From contig CANFCK010000001.1 of assembly GCA_947445035.1 (NCBI GenBank), positions 50,044-114,043 of the forward strand: a stretch of 64,000 nt of DNA, written 5' to 3'. Source of the stretch: Deltaproteobacteria bacterium. GTDB taxonomy: Bacteria; Myxococcota_A; UBA796; SXON01. The notes below the pieces were generated by a model that worked only from the letters and a program-made list of their open reading frames with translations, did not search any database and had not been told where the DNA came from. A program made the translations under genes and the position numbers. Positions 54,951 through 63,931 of this stretch are shown here, piece by piece. Within the stretch, counting starts at the first letter, position 1; every line of letters begins with the position of its first letter.

Positions 54951-55376
54951 AAGGGGAGGTTGATCCAGGTTCGAACTCACGCCCGCTGCGTACGCCGGCA
55001 ACTAGCCGGCGCGCTACCGCGGGTTCGCCCGAGGGTTACCGCCGCTCGGCGGCACGCTCCCAGTCCGCCGGATGTCGGCCAATGCGCGGCCTTCGACATC
55101 CGCTCGTCGCGCCGAGTACGCCCAGCCCGTCGAGAGCTACCGGCGGGAGCAAGATGGCAAGATGGCAAGCCGACGTGCCGGGTGCTCGCCTCGCTCGGGG
55201 CGCTGGACGAGGTCAGCAGCGGTGGCGCCCTCGGTGCCACCAAACAACCCCACACAGCCGAAGAGAAGGGCAATGCCCGCGAATAGACTCAGCCGCGTCG
55301 GCACTCCAACTTCGCGGACCGGCTATCTCCGAAGGGGGCCGAGCACAACACCCGATCACCGCGCCCCCGGGCCCCG

Positions 55377-55805
55377 TCAACCCCCTTCCAAAAACCCCGT
55401 CATGCCCGCGGATGCGTTCCCCGCCGCATCGATCACCCAGAGCTCGACGGTGTAGTCGTTGCTGGTGATCACATCGGGAATCTCGATGATCAGGGTGGGA
55501 GCGGTCCAACAGGCGCCGCTGACGTCCGCACACGCCCGGATCATGTACTCGAAGCCCACCGGCTGGCCGGCATCGGTCGCCACGTCGAATTTCGCGACCC
55601 CGTCGACGAGATCGCCCTCGACGTCGGACACGGTCGCGTCGGCGTGCATCTGAAAGACGCCGGGAGAGAGTTCGTCCCAGATGACCTCCAGCGCGGCGAT
55701 CACCGGCGCTTCGCCGACGGCCGCGGTGTCGGCCGTATCGTCGGAGCCTTCGGCAGTGGCCGTATCGGTATCGCCGGCCGTACACGCGAACAGGAAGATG
55801 AGCAT
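55377..55805 (-). CDS. Hypothetical lipoprotein
   Basis: ATG 55803..55805 gives MLIFLFACTAGDTDTATAEGSDDTADT (a lipobox plus a D/T linker), followed by a small beta-rich domain. Confidence 0.6.
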   Translation of the reverse strand: MLIFLFACTAGDTDTATAEGSDDTADTAAVGEAPVIAALEVIWDELSPGVFQMHADATVSDVEGDLVDGVAKFDVATDAGQPVGFEYMIRACADVSGACWTAPTLIIEIPDVITSNDYTVELWVIDAAGNASAGMTGFLEGG

Positions 55806-55901
55806 GGCCGAAGTGTACCTCGCGGAGGAGTAATCCACGCTCTACGAGCCTACCGGCCCCCCGGATCGAGCGGGTTAACAAAAGGAACTCCCAGGGTTCT
55901 C

Positions 55902-56294
55902 ATGTCCCCTCTTCGCGTGGTCCTCGTCGGCGTCCTCGGCCTTCCCGTCCTGGCCTGTTCGGGCTTCACCGAAGGCTTCAAGCAAGGCTTCGACAAGTCC
56001 TTCCGCCAGAGCTTCATCGACTCCTGCGCGGCCGAGCGCACGCCGGAAATCACCCCGGAGCAGATGACCGCGATGTGCGAATGTGGCGCCGACGGGCTGC
56101 TCAAGGAATACACCGCCACCGAACTGATGAAGCTCTCGACCGAGAATCCCGAGATCATCGGGCAGAAGGCCGAGCCGATCATGACCGCGTGCGCCATGAA
56201 GGTGATCCTGGGCGAGGGGGCCGAAGTGGCGCCGGCCGAGATGCCGGCACGCGCGCCCGAGCTGGTTGAGCCGGCCGTCGCCCCCGCGCCGTAG
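55902..56294 (+). CDS. Hypothetical lipoprotein
   Basis: MSPLRVVLVGVLGLPVLAC is a lipobox. The body is helical with a CECG motif and an Ala/Pro tail. Confidence 0.65.
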   Translation: MSPLRVVLVGVLGLPVLACSGFTEGFKQGFDKSFRQSFIDSCAAERTPEITPEQMTAMCECGADGLLKEYTATELMKLSTENPEIIGQKAEPIMTACAMKVILGEGAEVAPAEMPARAPELVEPAVAPAP

Positions 56295-56295
56295 C

Positions 56296-56469
56296 TCAGG
56301 AAAGGACCGCCGCCAGCGCCCAACCGACGGCACCGAGCGCAAACCCAGCGTGGATCGCGCCTTCCGCAAGCCGCGCCCGACCCCTGCGTGCAGCCGCTCG
56401 AACCGCAGTCCGGATGCGGGCCAGGGCTGCCGGTTCCAGGGGGAGCGGCGGCAAGGATTCAGGTGTCAT
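56296..56469 (-). CDS. 57-aa single-pass membrane protein, candidate minimal anti-sigma factor
   Basis: Too short for the ORF track. The ATG at 56467..56469 overlaps the ECF sigma stop (ATGA). Translation: MTPESLPPLPLEPAALARIRTAVRAAARRGRARLAEGAIHAGFALGAVGWALAAVLS, with a C-terminal hydrophobic helix. Confidence 0.4.
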   Translation of the reverse strand: MTPESLPPLPLEPAALARIRTAVRAAARRGRARLAEGAIHAGFALGAVGWALAAVLS

Positions 56470-57002
56470 GCGAGAGCCTCCTCAAGGGTGCGGCGAGCGC
56501 GGGCGAGTCGTTGGCGGGTGGCGTCGGGACTGAGCCCCAGGATGGTGGCGACGTCGATGGGATCGAGGCCCTCGCCCACCACCAGCAAGAAGACCTCCCG
56601 CTGCGGCTCGGGCAGCGCGGCGATGGCGATGCTCAGCCGCGCCTGGGCACGGGAGGCGTCCAGGCTGTCGGCCGGCGTCTCGGCGCGTGGGCGGGGCGCT
56701 CCCGCCAGCGCCAGGAGGCGCGTCCCGTCGAGCCAAGCCCAGCGCCGGTGAGAGCGCCACAGGTTCCGGGCGACGGTAAAAACCCACGCGCCCAGGCGCG
56801 TGTCCTCTCGCAATCGGGGCGCAGCTTGCACCAGTCGCACCAGCGTCTCCTGCACCAACTCCTCGGCGATCGACGCGCTGGCGCCGAGTCGACGGAGGAA
56901 GGCGTTGAGCCGCGGAGCATACTCGGTCACGACGATATCCACCGTTTCGGCATCCAGTCGCCGAAGGGCGGCCAGGTCGATGACGGGGTCGCTCGCGCTC
57001 AT
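56466..57002 (-). CDS. ECF-family RNA polymerase sigma factor
   Basis: Start MSASDPVIDL. Region 2 is AEELVQETLVRLV...LGAWVFTVARNLWRSHRR. Region 4 is LPEPQREVFLLVVGEGLDPIDVATILGLSPDATRQRLARAR. Confidence 0.85.
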   Translation of the reverse strand: MSASDPVIDLAALRRLDAETVDIVVTEYAPRLNAFLRRLGASASIAEELVQETLVRLVQAAPRLREDTRLGAWVFTVARNLWRSHRRWAWLDGTRLLALAGAPRPRAETPADSLDASRAQARLSIAIAALPEPQREVFLLVVGEGLDPIDVATILGLSPDATRQRLARARRTLEEALA

Positions 57003-57129
57003 GCCTGCCTCATGCCCCGCGCAACGAACGAGCGCGGGCCGCGTGACGCACGCCGCCGTTGAATTTTTTTTCTTGAAAATCTGCGTCACGGGGGCCGGCC
57101 TGGTTGGTTGACCCCGTCGGAGGTTCTCG

Positions 57130-57480
57130 ATGATCTACTTCATGATGGGCGGCTTTCCGATGTTGGTGATTCTGGTCTTCGGCCTTTTGGGGGTGGTCAA
57201 CGCGGCGCGGTTCGCCTGGGCGCCGGGGCCCGGCCGCCTCGGGTACCTGCTTGCCCTCGGGGCAGGCGTACTCTTCGCCGGTATCGGCGGGGTGGCGGTG
57301 GACCTGATCGCGGTGGCGGTCAACGTGCCCCAACACCCCGAGTGGATCGCCGAATCGGGGCTGGGCCTCGTCGTCCTTCAGGGTGTCGGCGAATCGCTCA
57401 CGCCGCTGGTCTTCTCGACGGGAATGCTGATGGCGCAGGCGCTGTTGATGGCGCTGGGGCTGCGTCGCCTCGAGGACTGA
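57130..57480 (+). CDS. Hypothetical integral membrane protein
   Basis: 116 aa with 3-4 hydrophobic helices (GGFPMLVILVFGLLGVV, LGYLLALGAGVLFAGIGGVAV, LVFSTGMLMAQALLMAL). It is divergent from the ECF sigma gene. Confidence 0.6.
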   Translation: MIYFMMGGFPMLVILVFGLLGVVNAARFAWAPGPGRLGYLLALGAGVLFAGIGGVAVDLIAVAVNVPQHPEWIAESGLGLVVLQGVGESLTPLVFSTGMLMAQALLMALGLRRLED

Positions 57481-57494
57481 AGTACATTGTCGGG

Positions 57495-58178
57495 ATGCAG
57501 ACACCGCATCTCGATGCCCAGTACGAACGCGAGGTTCAGGCGATTGCGACCGGACTGGCCCGGGTCGGGGCGCGCGCGGAGCACATGGTGCGGGATGGTT
57601 CGCGGGCCCTGCTTGAGCGTAACCCAGCCCTTGCCCGCAACGTGATGCAGGTAGATGGTGAGCTTGACCGTGCGGAAGTCGAACTCGACTACGAATGTGT
57701 CACGCTCTTGGCCCGACGCGCCCCGGTCGGAGAAGACCTTCGTTTGGTGATGACCGCGCTCAAAAGTGTGGTCGACATGGAGCGCATGGGGGACCTCGCC
57801 GGCCACGTGGCCGAGCGCTCGATCGAGCTGACGACCAGCGTTGGCATCGAGGTTCAGCCTGAGTGCGTGGAGATCGCCGCGGCGGTGGTTGCCAACGTGG
57901 AGCGCGTGATGCGCGCGCTCGGCGACAAGAATGGCGCCGAGGCTCGCGCGGTCATCACCGCGGACCACGCCATCGACACGCTCCACAACCAGCATCTGCG
58001 GCGGCTGATTCAGCTGGCCAAGGATCACCCCGACCAGCTCGAACGCACCCTGGCCTGGGCAAGTGTGTCGCGACACCTTGAACGCATCTCCGATCACGCG
58101 TGCAACATCGCCGAAATGGTGGTGTTCCTAGCGGAAGGCGAAATGTTGCGCCACGGCGGACCGCGCGCCCAGACTTGA
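57495..58178 (+). CDS. phoU: Phosphate signaling complex protein PhoU
   Basis: Two PhoU repeats with the conserved metal-binding motifs (DxxxD-type ..MERMGDLAGHVAE.. and ..LERISDHACNIAE..), about 227 aa from the ATG 57495. Confidence 0.9.
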   Translation: MQTPHLDAQYEREVQAIATGLARVGARAEHMVRDGSRALLERNPALARNVMQVDGELDRAEVELDYECVTLLARRAPVGEDLRLVMTALKSVVDMERMGDLAGHVAERSIELTTSVGIEVQPECVEIAAAVVANVERVMRALGDKNGAEARAVITADHAIDTLHNQHLRRLIQLAKDHPDQLERTLAWASVSRHLERISDHACNIAEMVVFLAEGEMLRHGGPRAQT

Positions 58179-58260
58179 GTTGGCCACGGCGCTGCGTGGT
58201 GGGTCGGACTCATCCTTTGCGCGGCCGGTGCCGATCGGGTTGGTGTACCGAGAGCCTCCG

Positions 58261-58425
58261 ATGTCCCGCCAGCACTCACACTCTCTTCGTCGCCGCACGA
58301 TTGGCATGCTCTACGTCGAGCTTGGCCTGATCACGCGGTCCCAACTGAACCTTGCCCTCGTGGAGTGCGCTCACCAGCGCGTTCCGCTCCCGGACGCCCT
58401 CCGTCGCTTGGGCTACCTCGGTTGA
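58261..58425 (+). CDS. Small MshEN/T2SS-E N-terminal-like domain protein
   Basis: RRTIGMLYVELGLITRSQLNLALVECAHQRVPLPDALRRLGYL resembles the LGELLVxxGLITxxQLxxAL...LGxxL repeat of GspE/PilB N-domains. The choice of start is uncertain. Confidence 0.4.
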   Translation: MSRQHSHSLRRRTIGMLYVELGLITRSQLNLALVECAHQRVPLPDALRRLGYLG

Positions 58426-58467
58426 GCCTTGCCGCAGCCGGGCGCTTCGTATAGAAGGCGGCCCGCC

Positions 58468-58544
58468 GGCTTCGTAGCTCAGTTGGTTAGAGCACGCGGT
58501 TCATAACCGCGGTGTCGTAGGTTCAAGTCCCACCGAAGCCACCA
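58468..58544 (+). tRNA. tRNA-Met (anticodon CAU), elongator-type
   Basis: GGCTTCGTAGCTCAGTTGGTTAGAGCACGCGGTTCATAACCGCGGTGTCGTAGGTTCAAGTCCCACCGAAGCCACCA. The acceptor stem is GGCTTCG/CGAAGCC, the anticodon arm is CGCGG-TTCATAA-CCGCG, and CCA is encoded. The 5' half is nearly identical to the E. coli elongator tRNA-Met. A lysidine-modified tRNA-Ile2 identity cannot be excluded from sequence alone. Confidence 0.93.
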
Positions 58545-58630
58545 TAGATCGTGCCAAAGGGAGAAAGCGCTCGCCGCCCTCTCCCCCACCGCGTCGTTCC
58601 CTCCAGCCTCCTAGCTTCGCTTTCCGGCCT

Positions 58631-59641
58631 TCACGCGGAGGGGGGTCGCGTTTCCAGCAGCTCCGCCAACCGCTGATGAAAGTGCCGCAGGCCGTCCTCC
58701 CACTTCGGCGCGTACTGCCCGGGCCGCGCCAGCCGACTCCGCGCCCCGCGCTGCACACAGGCGACGATGGCGCCGTCCTCGCGCTCCACCTGCTCCAGGC
58801 CGGCCCCCGCTCCCGCTTCCAGCAGCGTCGCGTCGCGCACCCAGCGGCGGTACCGGATCCGCGTCCGTCCCGGGCCGAGCGGCTCCACGATGTTGACCGA
58901 CAGCCCCCACGGGTAATGGTTGAGCATCGTGGTGCAGAAAAGCCCCACCCAAGCGGCCGCGATCGGCCCCTCTGGCGCAGCGAGCGTCGGCTCCTCTTCG
59001 CGACCAACGCCGAGCTGTAGGCTTGACCAGCCGGCCGGCTCAACCCGGTAGTCGCCGAGGTCCAGCGCAGCGCTCAAGCCGGGGTGCACGAAGGGAACGT
59101 GGAGCCCTTCGAGGTAGTTCTCGACGTAGAGGAGGAAGTGCGCGTCGACCTCGAAGCTCGCTTCTCCGAGGGGGTCCGGGAGGGCTGGAAGCGGCGGCAA
59201 CCACGCGAGGCGCTGCTCCGGAAAAAGCGATGCGAACGGCATCGCAGGGGCGATCGACGCGAAAATCAACGACCCGAGCGTCGCGACGGCGACGGGCCGC
59301 AAGTGGTCGTCCTCGCCCGGCCGCTCAAAGCCGGGCGCGGTCAGGCAACGCCCGCCGCGATTGAACCGGCGCCCATGGTACGGACACCGCGCGCCCTCCC
59401 CGTGCGGCTCCAAAACGGCGGCGCGGTGGGTGCAAACCCCCGACCAGCCGTGCACCTCGCCGTCCACCCGACCGAGCAGGAGCGGCTCGTCGAGCACCCC
59501 AGGAAGCAGCGCGCGGGCCAAGAGCGCCCCTTCCGGAACCTCATCGGCCGAAGCGACGACGTGCCACGAACGAGCCAGCACGCGCTCCACCAGCTCGGGC
59601 CAGCGCGCCTCGCCGTAGAGCGAGAGGGGAGGAAGCGTCAC
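58631..59641 (-). CDS. Rieske [2Fe-2S] domain non-heme iron oxygenase
   Basis: The Rieske motif is CTHRAAVL...CPYHGRRF. The C-terminal catalytic domain has NYLEGLHVPFVHP (the mononuclear iron His pair region). Confidence 0.88.
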   Translation of the reverse strand: MTLPPLSLYGEARWPELVERVLARSWHVVASADEVPEGALLARALLPGVLDEPLLLGRVDGEVHGWSGVCTHRAAVLEPHGEGARCPYHGRRFNRGGRCLTAPGFERPGEDDHLRPVAVATLGSLIFASIAPAMPFASLFPEQRLAWLPPLPALPDPLGEASFEVDAHFLLYVENYLEGLHVPFVHPGLSAALDLGDYRVEPAGWSSLQLGVGREEEPTLAAPEGPIAAAWVGLFCTTMLNHYPWGLSVNIVEPLGPGRTRIRYRRWVRDATLLEAGAGAGLEQVEREDGAIVACVQRGARSRLARPGQYAPKWEDGLRHFHQRLAELLETRPPSA

Positions 59642-59652
59642 GTGGGTGCCGA

Positions 59653-60030
59653 TCAGAGCGTCTTGGCGCGAACGGGGGTGCGATCGTCGTCCTCGGGCTC
59701 CGCCCTCAGCCGTTTGAGCTCGTCGAGTTGTTTCTGGGCGCGGGCCACGGGGTCTTCCGTTGGGTCGACAGGACCCCTTTCGGCAGGCGCGCCCCCGTAG
59801 TGGCGCCGCGCGCGGTCCAACGCGCTTTCCCCTTCAAGGTCCCGCACCGCTTCCTCCGCGCCACCCACCTTCCCGAAAAGCACCCGCTCGACGCCGTCGA
59901 GGGCCGCGTGGGCAGCGCCCTCCACCCCGCGCAGGGCACCGGCGGCCGCCGCTTGCGCGGCGCGCACGGCTGCTTCGGTGTGAAGGCGATCGGCCAGGGC
60001 CGGAGAAGGGGTGGGCTTGTCGTGGGGCAC
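59653..60030 (-). CDS. Hypothetical protein (helical/coiled)
   Basis: Only the 3' 125 codons of ORF 59653..60450 avoid ruvB. A GTG lies at 60028..60030. Third-position GC is high. The sequence ends ...ARAQKQLDELKRLRAEPEDDDRTPVRAKTL. Confidence 0.4.
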   Translation of the reverse strand: MPHDKPTPSPALADRLHTEAAVRAAQAAAAGALRGVEGAAHAALDGVERVLFGKVGGAEEAVRDLEGESALDRARRHYGGAPAERGPVDPTEDPVARAQKQLDELKRLRAEPEDDDRTPVRAKTL

Positions 60031-60066
60031 GGGTAAGCATAGCCCCCGTCGGGATATGTCGCCGGG

Positions 60067-61065
60067 GTGACCCGCTTTGTCGACCCCACCGAGCTCGAAG
60101 CGCCGGACCCGGCCCTCCGACCGCGTCGGCTGGACGAGTACATCGGCCAGGAGCGCATCAAGGAGAACCTCCGCATCTACGTGCGAGCGGCGATCCAGCG
60201 GGGCGAAGCGCTCGATCACGTGCTCCTCAGCGGGCCCCCGGGCCTGGGCAAGACCTCGTTGGCCAACATCATTGCCGAAGAACTTGGCGTCACGATGCGC
60301 ACCGCCGCTGGGCCCACGCTGGAGCGGGGCGGCGACCTCGCGGCGATTCTCACCAACCTCGGCCCCCGCGACGTGCTTTTCATCGACGAAATCCATCGGC
60401 TGAATCGCGCCGTGGAAGAAATTCTGTATCCGGCGATGGAAGACTTTCACCTCGACATCGTGATGGGCTCGGGGCCCGGCGCGTCGAGCGTCCGAATCCC
60501 GCTCCAGCGCTTCACTCTCATCGGCGCCACCACCCGCTCGGGCATGCTCACCAGTCCGTTGCGCGCCCGATTCGGCATCGCCGCGGTGCTCGACTTCTAC
60601 ACGCCAGAGGAACTCAAGCGCATCGCCCTACGCAGCGCCGAACGCATGGGCCTTGAGATCGACGACGACGCCGCCACCGAGCTGTCTTGTCGCTCCCGGG
60701 GCACGCCGCGCATCGCCAACCGGTTGTTGCGACGGCTCCGCGACTTCGCCCAGATCGAGTCGGGCGGGCAGATCACCATGGCGCTCACCCGCCACGCGCT
60801 GGAGCGGCTGGAGGTCGACCAACGCGGGCTCGACGCGATGGACCGTCGCATCCTGCACAGCATCGCCTTTCGCTTTGACGGCGGTCCGGTCGGGCTCGGC
60901 AACCTCGCGGCCGCCATCGGGGAAGAGCAGGACACCATCGAGGAAGTGTACGAGCCCTTCCTGATTCGCGAGGGGCTTTTGCAGAGGACACCCCAAGGGC
61001 GCGTGCTGACCAGCGGCGGTGCGGCCGTGGTTGGGTTCAGCGGCAAGGGACTTTTCGGACGATGA
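60067..61065 (+). CDS. ruvB: Holliday junction branch migration DNA helicase RuvB
   Basis: [19 protein letters not shown], Walker [12 protein letters not shown], Walker [10 protein letters not shown] and sensor [16 protein letters not shown]. Confidence 0.96.
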   Translation: MTRFVDPTELEAPDPALRPRRLDEYIGQERIKENLRIYVRAAIQRGEALDHVLLSGPPGLGKTSLANIIAEELGVTMRTAAGPTLERGGDLAAILTNLGPRDVLFIDEIHRLNRAVEEILYPAMEDFHLDIVMGSGPGASSVRIPLQRFTLIGATTRSGMLTSPLRARFGIAAVLDFYTPEELKRIALRSAERMGLEIDDDAATELSCRSRGTPRIANRLLRRLRDFAQIESGGQITMALTRHALERLEVDQRGLDAMDRRILHSIAFRFDGGPVGLGNLAAAIGEEQDTIEEVYEPFLIREGLLQRTPQGRVLTSGGAAVVGFSGKGLFGR

Positions 61066-61475
61066 CGGCGCTTTTGATGATTGGGTGCGCGGGTGCGCAT
61101 GACCTGGAGAGGATCGAGCTCCGCTTCGGCGCTCACGTGCTGCATGCGCGAGTAGCGGACACGCCCAAAGAGCGCGCGGCCGGGCTGATGGGGGTGACCG
61201 ATCTGGCCGCCGACGAAGGGATGGTCTTTGCCTATCCCGAGGCCTCAGCACGCTTTTTCTGGATGAAAGACACGCCCACCGCGCTCTCCATCGTTTTCTG
61301 CGACGTCAAAGGGGTCATCGTGGCGATGGCCGACCTCGTGCCGCTGGACACCACCCTGACCCCCTCGAATCAGCCCGCAATGTTCGTCGTCGAGGCCAAA
61401 AAGGGGTGGTTTGCCGAGCACGGGGTCGCAGTTGGCGACACCGTGGGTGGGCTGCCGGGGCGCTCCGAGAAATGA
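61062..61475 (+). CDS. DUF192-domain protein (lipoprotein-type signal)
   Basis: [11 protein letters not shown]... then [16 protein letters not shown]......FWMKDT...LSIVF.D..G.IV, the DUF192 signature. The ATGA overlaps ruvB. Confidence 0.85.
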   Translation: MTALLMIGCAGAHDLERIELRFGAHVLHARVADTPKERAAGLMGVTDLAADEGMVFAYPEASARFFWMKDTPTALSIVFCDVKGVIVAMADLVPLDTTLTPSNQPAMFVVEAKKGWFAEHGVAVGDTVGGLPGRSEK

Positions 61476-62296
61476 CCGAGCAGGCAACTGTGGCCCGGCC
61501 GATCGAAGTCGCCGGGACTGCGCTGCGCAGCGGAGGCGTCCGTCGCGCCCGCCTCTTGCCGGGTCTTCCAGACAGCGGAGTGGTCTTTGTGGTCGATGGC
61601 GTCGAGCTGGCAGCGACGATCGCGCATGTTGAAGACACGACGCTGGCCACGACGCTTGCAGCGGGCGGCGTGCGCGTCGTGCTGGTAGAGCACCTCCTCG
61701 CCGCGACAATGGCGGCGGGCATCGACAATTTGCGGGTGGAGCTCGATGGCGACGAGCTTCCCATCCTCGATGGCGCGGCCCTCACGTGGCTGGGCGCGCT
61801 CGCGACGGCAGGGCGCACGGCACAAGGAGCGGCGGTGCGGTGGTGGAGTGTGTCAGAGCCGGTGCGGGTCGAGACCCCGACCGCGTTTGCGATGCTCGAG
61901 CCGGCGCCGGCATTGAGCCTCGACATATCTGTACAATTCTCGCACGCGCTCATCGGCGCCCAGCGCTGGACTGGGGATCCGATCGCCCGTTTCGGCGCGG
62001 AGCTCGCGTGGGCGCGCACCTTCGGTTTCCACGCCGACGCCGAACGTTTTCGCGCTGCGGGCATGATGCGCGGCGTCAGCCTCGACAACACGTTGGTCTT
62101 CGACGACGCCGGCGTGATGAACCCCGGAGGGCAGCGCGCGGCGGATGAGGTGGTGCGGCACAAGGCGCTGGACGCGCTCGGCGATCTGGCGCTGGTGACG
62201 GGGCGGCCGCGGGTGAAGCTGACTGCGTCGCGAGGCGGGCATGCCGTGCACCATGCGCTTTTGAGGGCGACGCAAGGGGTTTTGGTGCGGGGGTAG
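61472..62296 (+). CDS. lpxC: UDP-3-O-acyl-N-acetylglucosamine deacetylase (LpxC-like)
   Basis: VEHLLAA (the zinc His region), ARTFGF, and DEVVRHKALDALGDLAL (HKxxD zinc/catalytic motif). At 274 aa it is somewhat shorter than E. coli LpxC. Confidence 0.82.
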   Translation: MTEQATVARPIEVAGTALRSGGVRRARLLPGLPDSGVVFVVDGVELAATIAHVEDTTLATTLAAGGVRVVLVEHLLAATMAAGIDNLRVELDGDELPILDGAALTWLGALATAGRTAQGAAVRWWSVSEPVRVETPTAFAMLEPAPALSLDISVQFSHALIGAQRWTGDPIARFGAELAWARTFGFHADAERFRAAGMMRGVSLDNTLVFDDAGVMNPGGQRAADEVVRHKALDALGDLALVTGRPRVKLTASRGGHAVHHALLRATQGVLVRG

Positions 62297-62375
62297 GGGC
62301 TGGGCGGCGAAGGGGATGATCAGCCCCCAGCGCTCTCCCCGCTCAAGTTTCCCCCCCGCTGACCGATGCGCGCCC

Positions 62376-63869
62376 ATGCTCCTTCTCGCTTCGGTCGCCA
62401 TTGCTGGGTCTTCTGCGAGCTCCTTCGCCACCGATGGCGGGGATTGGATCGGCGGCAACGTCGACGGCGGTGTGCTCGTACTGGAGGACACGGCTGGCGA
62501 CCTGGACCTTGGTGAGGTGCTCACCTTCGAGCTCACCGCGCGCGTCCGCCTCGCGACCGGCGACCGCTTCGAGGTGCAACTGTCCGACGCCTGCAGGCTG
62601 AGCGTGGACTACACCGGGACGCGCAGCATCGCCTTCGGGACCGGCGCCGTGCCCTTCGCGGCGGCCGAGCTGCTGATGGTGCCTGACGCGGCCGCGCTTT
62701 TGACCCCGATGATCGACGAGGTGGGCGGCATCCGTCACCCCGATGTGGTCCAGTTCGCAGGAGAGTGGTGGATGTTCTACGGGGCCGCCGATGGCTCCGG
62801 AGCACCCGCCGTCCACGCCGCGCGCTCGACCGACCTGGCGACCTGGACCCGCGTGGAGGGCTTCTCCCTCCCCGGCGCCAGCGAGCCGACGGCCATCGTG
62901 GAGGCCACCTCCCTGGTGCTCTACTATGCCGATGGGGGCTCGATCTGGCGTACCCAGTCCGACGATGGCGTGTCCTTCGACTTCCCGACGGTCGCCCTGG
63001 CACCGGGCCCCGGCTTCGACGCCGCCGGACTCGGCCACCCGGCCATGCTCTTTGACGGCGACGGCCTGTGGCAGCTCTGGTACGGCGTGCCCACCACCGG
63101 CGCGTCCGGCTCCGCGTCGAGCGCCGACGGACTCACCTTCACTCGCGACGCCGAGCTTTCCCCCGACTCCACTCGGTTGAGCGGGCTCGACGTGACCGAT
63201 GGGCTCCTTGGCTTCGAAGCGGTCTACACCATGCTGGACAGCGTGGGCTTCGCGTCGAGCGCCGACGACAGCAACTTCGCCGACGACAGCAGCGATGTCC
63301 GGCCTGCGCTGGTGATGAACCAGGCGGCGTGGTCTGACGGCGGCTTCGGCACCGCCGCCCTGGTGCGCAATGGTGTCGATCTCACCGTGTTCGTCGCTGC
63401 GATGGACGACGGCCTTACGGTGATCGGCCGGGTCACCACGCAACCCGAGCCCGGCACCTGGGGCGGGCTGAGCATGACCTGGGATGGCACCGAAGTCCTT
63501 GCCTCGTGGAATGGTGGCCCGACCCAGAGCTGCGCGCTCACCGACTTCGAGGGCATCTCGATCGTCGGCGTCGGCCGCGCCGAGGTGGACGAGGTGCGGG
63601 TCGACTACTCCGCAGAAGGCGCCATCGACACCGCGGACACCGGCGGCTTGGACACCGGAGATTCGGCCGACACGGCCGACACCGGCGACACGGCCAGCGA
63701 CTCCGCCGACACCGGAGGCCCGGCCTACAACGCGGGCGAATGGATGGGCGAGCCGGGCGGCTGCGGATGTGAGAGCGGGACCGGCGGCGGGGGCGGCGGA
63801 GCCGGCGTCGTCGGGTTGGTCCTCGCAGGCGTTTTGGCGAGACGGCGTGAACCCGGGAGCGGTCGGTAG
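62376..63869 (+). CDS. Secreted MYXO-CTERM protein with a beta-propeller-like (glycosyl-hydrolase-43/32-like) region
   Basis: MLLLASVAIAGSSASSFA is a signal peptide. Repeated WWMFYGA / LVLYYAD / LWQLWYG blades follow, then a D/T/G linker. The tail is GGCGCESGTGGGGGGAGVVGLVLAGVLARRRE (GCGC + hydrophobic + RRR = MYXO-CTERM). Confidence 0.75.
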   Translation: MLLLASVAIAGSSASSFATDGGDWIGGNVDGGVLVLEDTAGDLDLGEVLTFELTARVRLATGDRFEVQLSDACRLSVDYTGTRSIAFGTGAVPFAAAELLMVPDAAALLTPMIDEVGGIRHPDVVQFAGEWWMFYGAADGSGAPAVHAARSTDLATWTRVEGFSLPGASEPTAIVEATSLVLYYADGGSIWRTQSDDGVSFDFPTVALAPGPGFDAAGLGHPAMLFDGDGLWQLWYGVPTTGASGSASSADGLTFTRDAELSPDSTRLSGLDVTDGLLGFEAVYTMLDSVGFASSADDSNFADDSSDVRPALVMNQAAWSDGGFGTAALVRNGVDLTVFVAAMDDGLTVIGRVTTQPEPGTWGGLSMTWDGTEVLASWNGGPTQSCALTDFEGISIVGVGRAEVDEVRVDYSAEGAIDTADTGGLDTGDSADTADTGDTASDSADTGGPAYNAGEWMGEPGGCGCESGTGGGGGGAGVVGLVLAGVLARRREPGSGR

Positions 63870-63931
63870 CACCCACCCCATACGCGGAAACACCTTGTCA
63901 CCGTCCGGCATCCACGTACGTACGCACAGGC

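Noticed and set aside
54951-55060. A tRNA-like fragment after ftsZ: GGTTCGAAC (T-loop-like) plus the palindrome GCCGGC-AACTA-GCCGGC.
   Set aside because: I could not fold a cloverleaf on either strand. The T-stem halves are not complementary, the candidate anticodon loop lacks U33 and a purine at position 37, and there is no acceptor pairing. It may be a terminator hairpin or a decayed tRNA/att remnant, but this is unsupported.
55137-55304. A 55-aa minus-strand sORF with a lipoprotein-like N-terminus (MPTRLSLFAGIALLFGC).
   Set aside because: It has a GTG start with no evident ribosome-binding site, a C-terminal half that looks non-protein-like (RRLAILPSCSRR), and no supporting context. Too weak to call.
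58468-59641. tRNA-Met as an integration site for a genomic island.
   Set aside because: No integrase is nearby, I saw no direct repeat of the tRNA 3' end downstream, and the flanking genes (Rieske oxygenase, ruvB) look like ordinary chromosomal content.
59653-60450. The full 265-aa minus-strand ORF overlapping the ruvB 5' region.
   Set aside because: The 5' 140 codons lie antisense to the strongly supported ruvB. Only the 3' part (59653..60030) is retained, as a low-confidence CDS.
37269-63869. Asp/Thr/Gly-rich tracts (DTGTDSDTGTDTG..., DTADTGGLDTGDSADTADTGDT...) shared by several secreted proteins, considered as a possible mobile or repeat element.
   Set aside because: They are low-complexity linker regions after lipoboxes or before sorting tails. 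The DNA sequences are not conserved between loci. This is a lineage-typical protein feature, not a repeat family.
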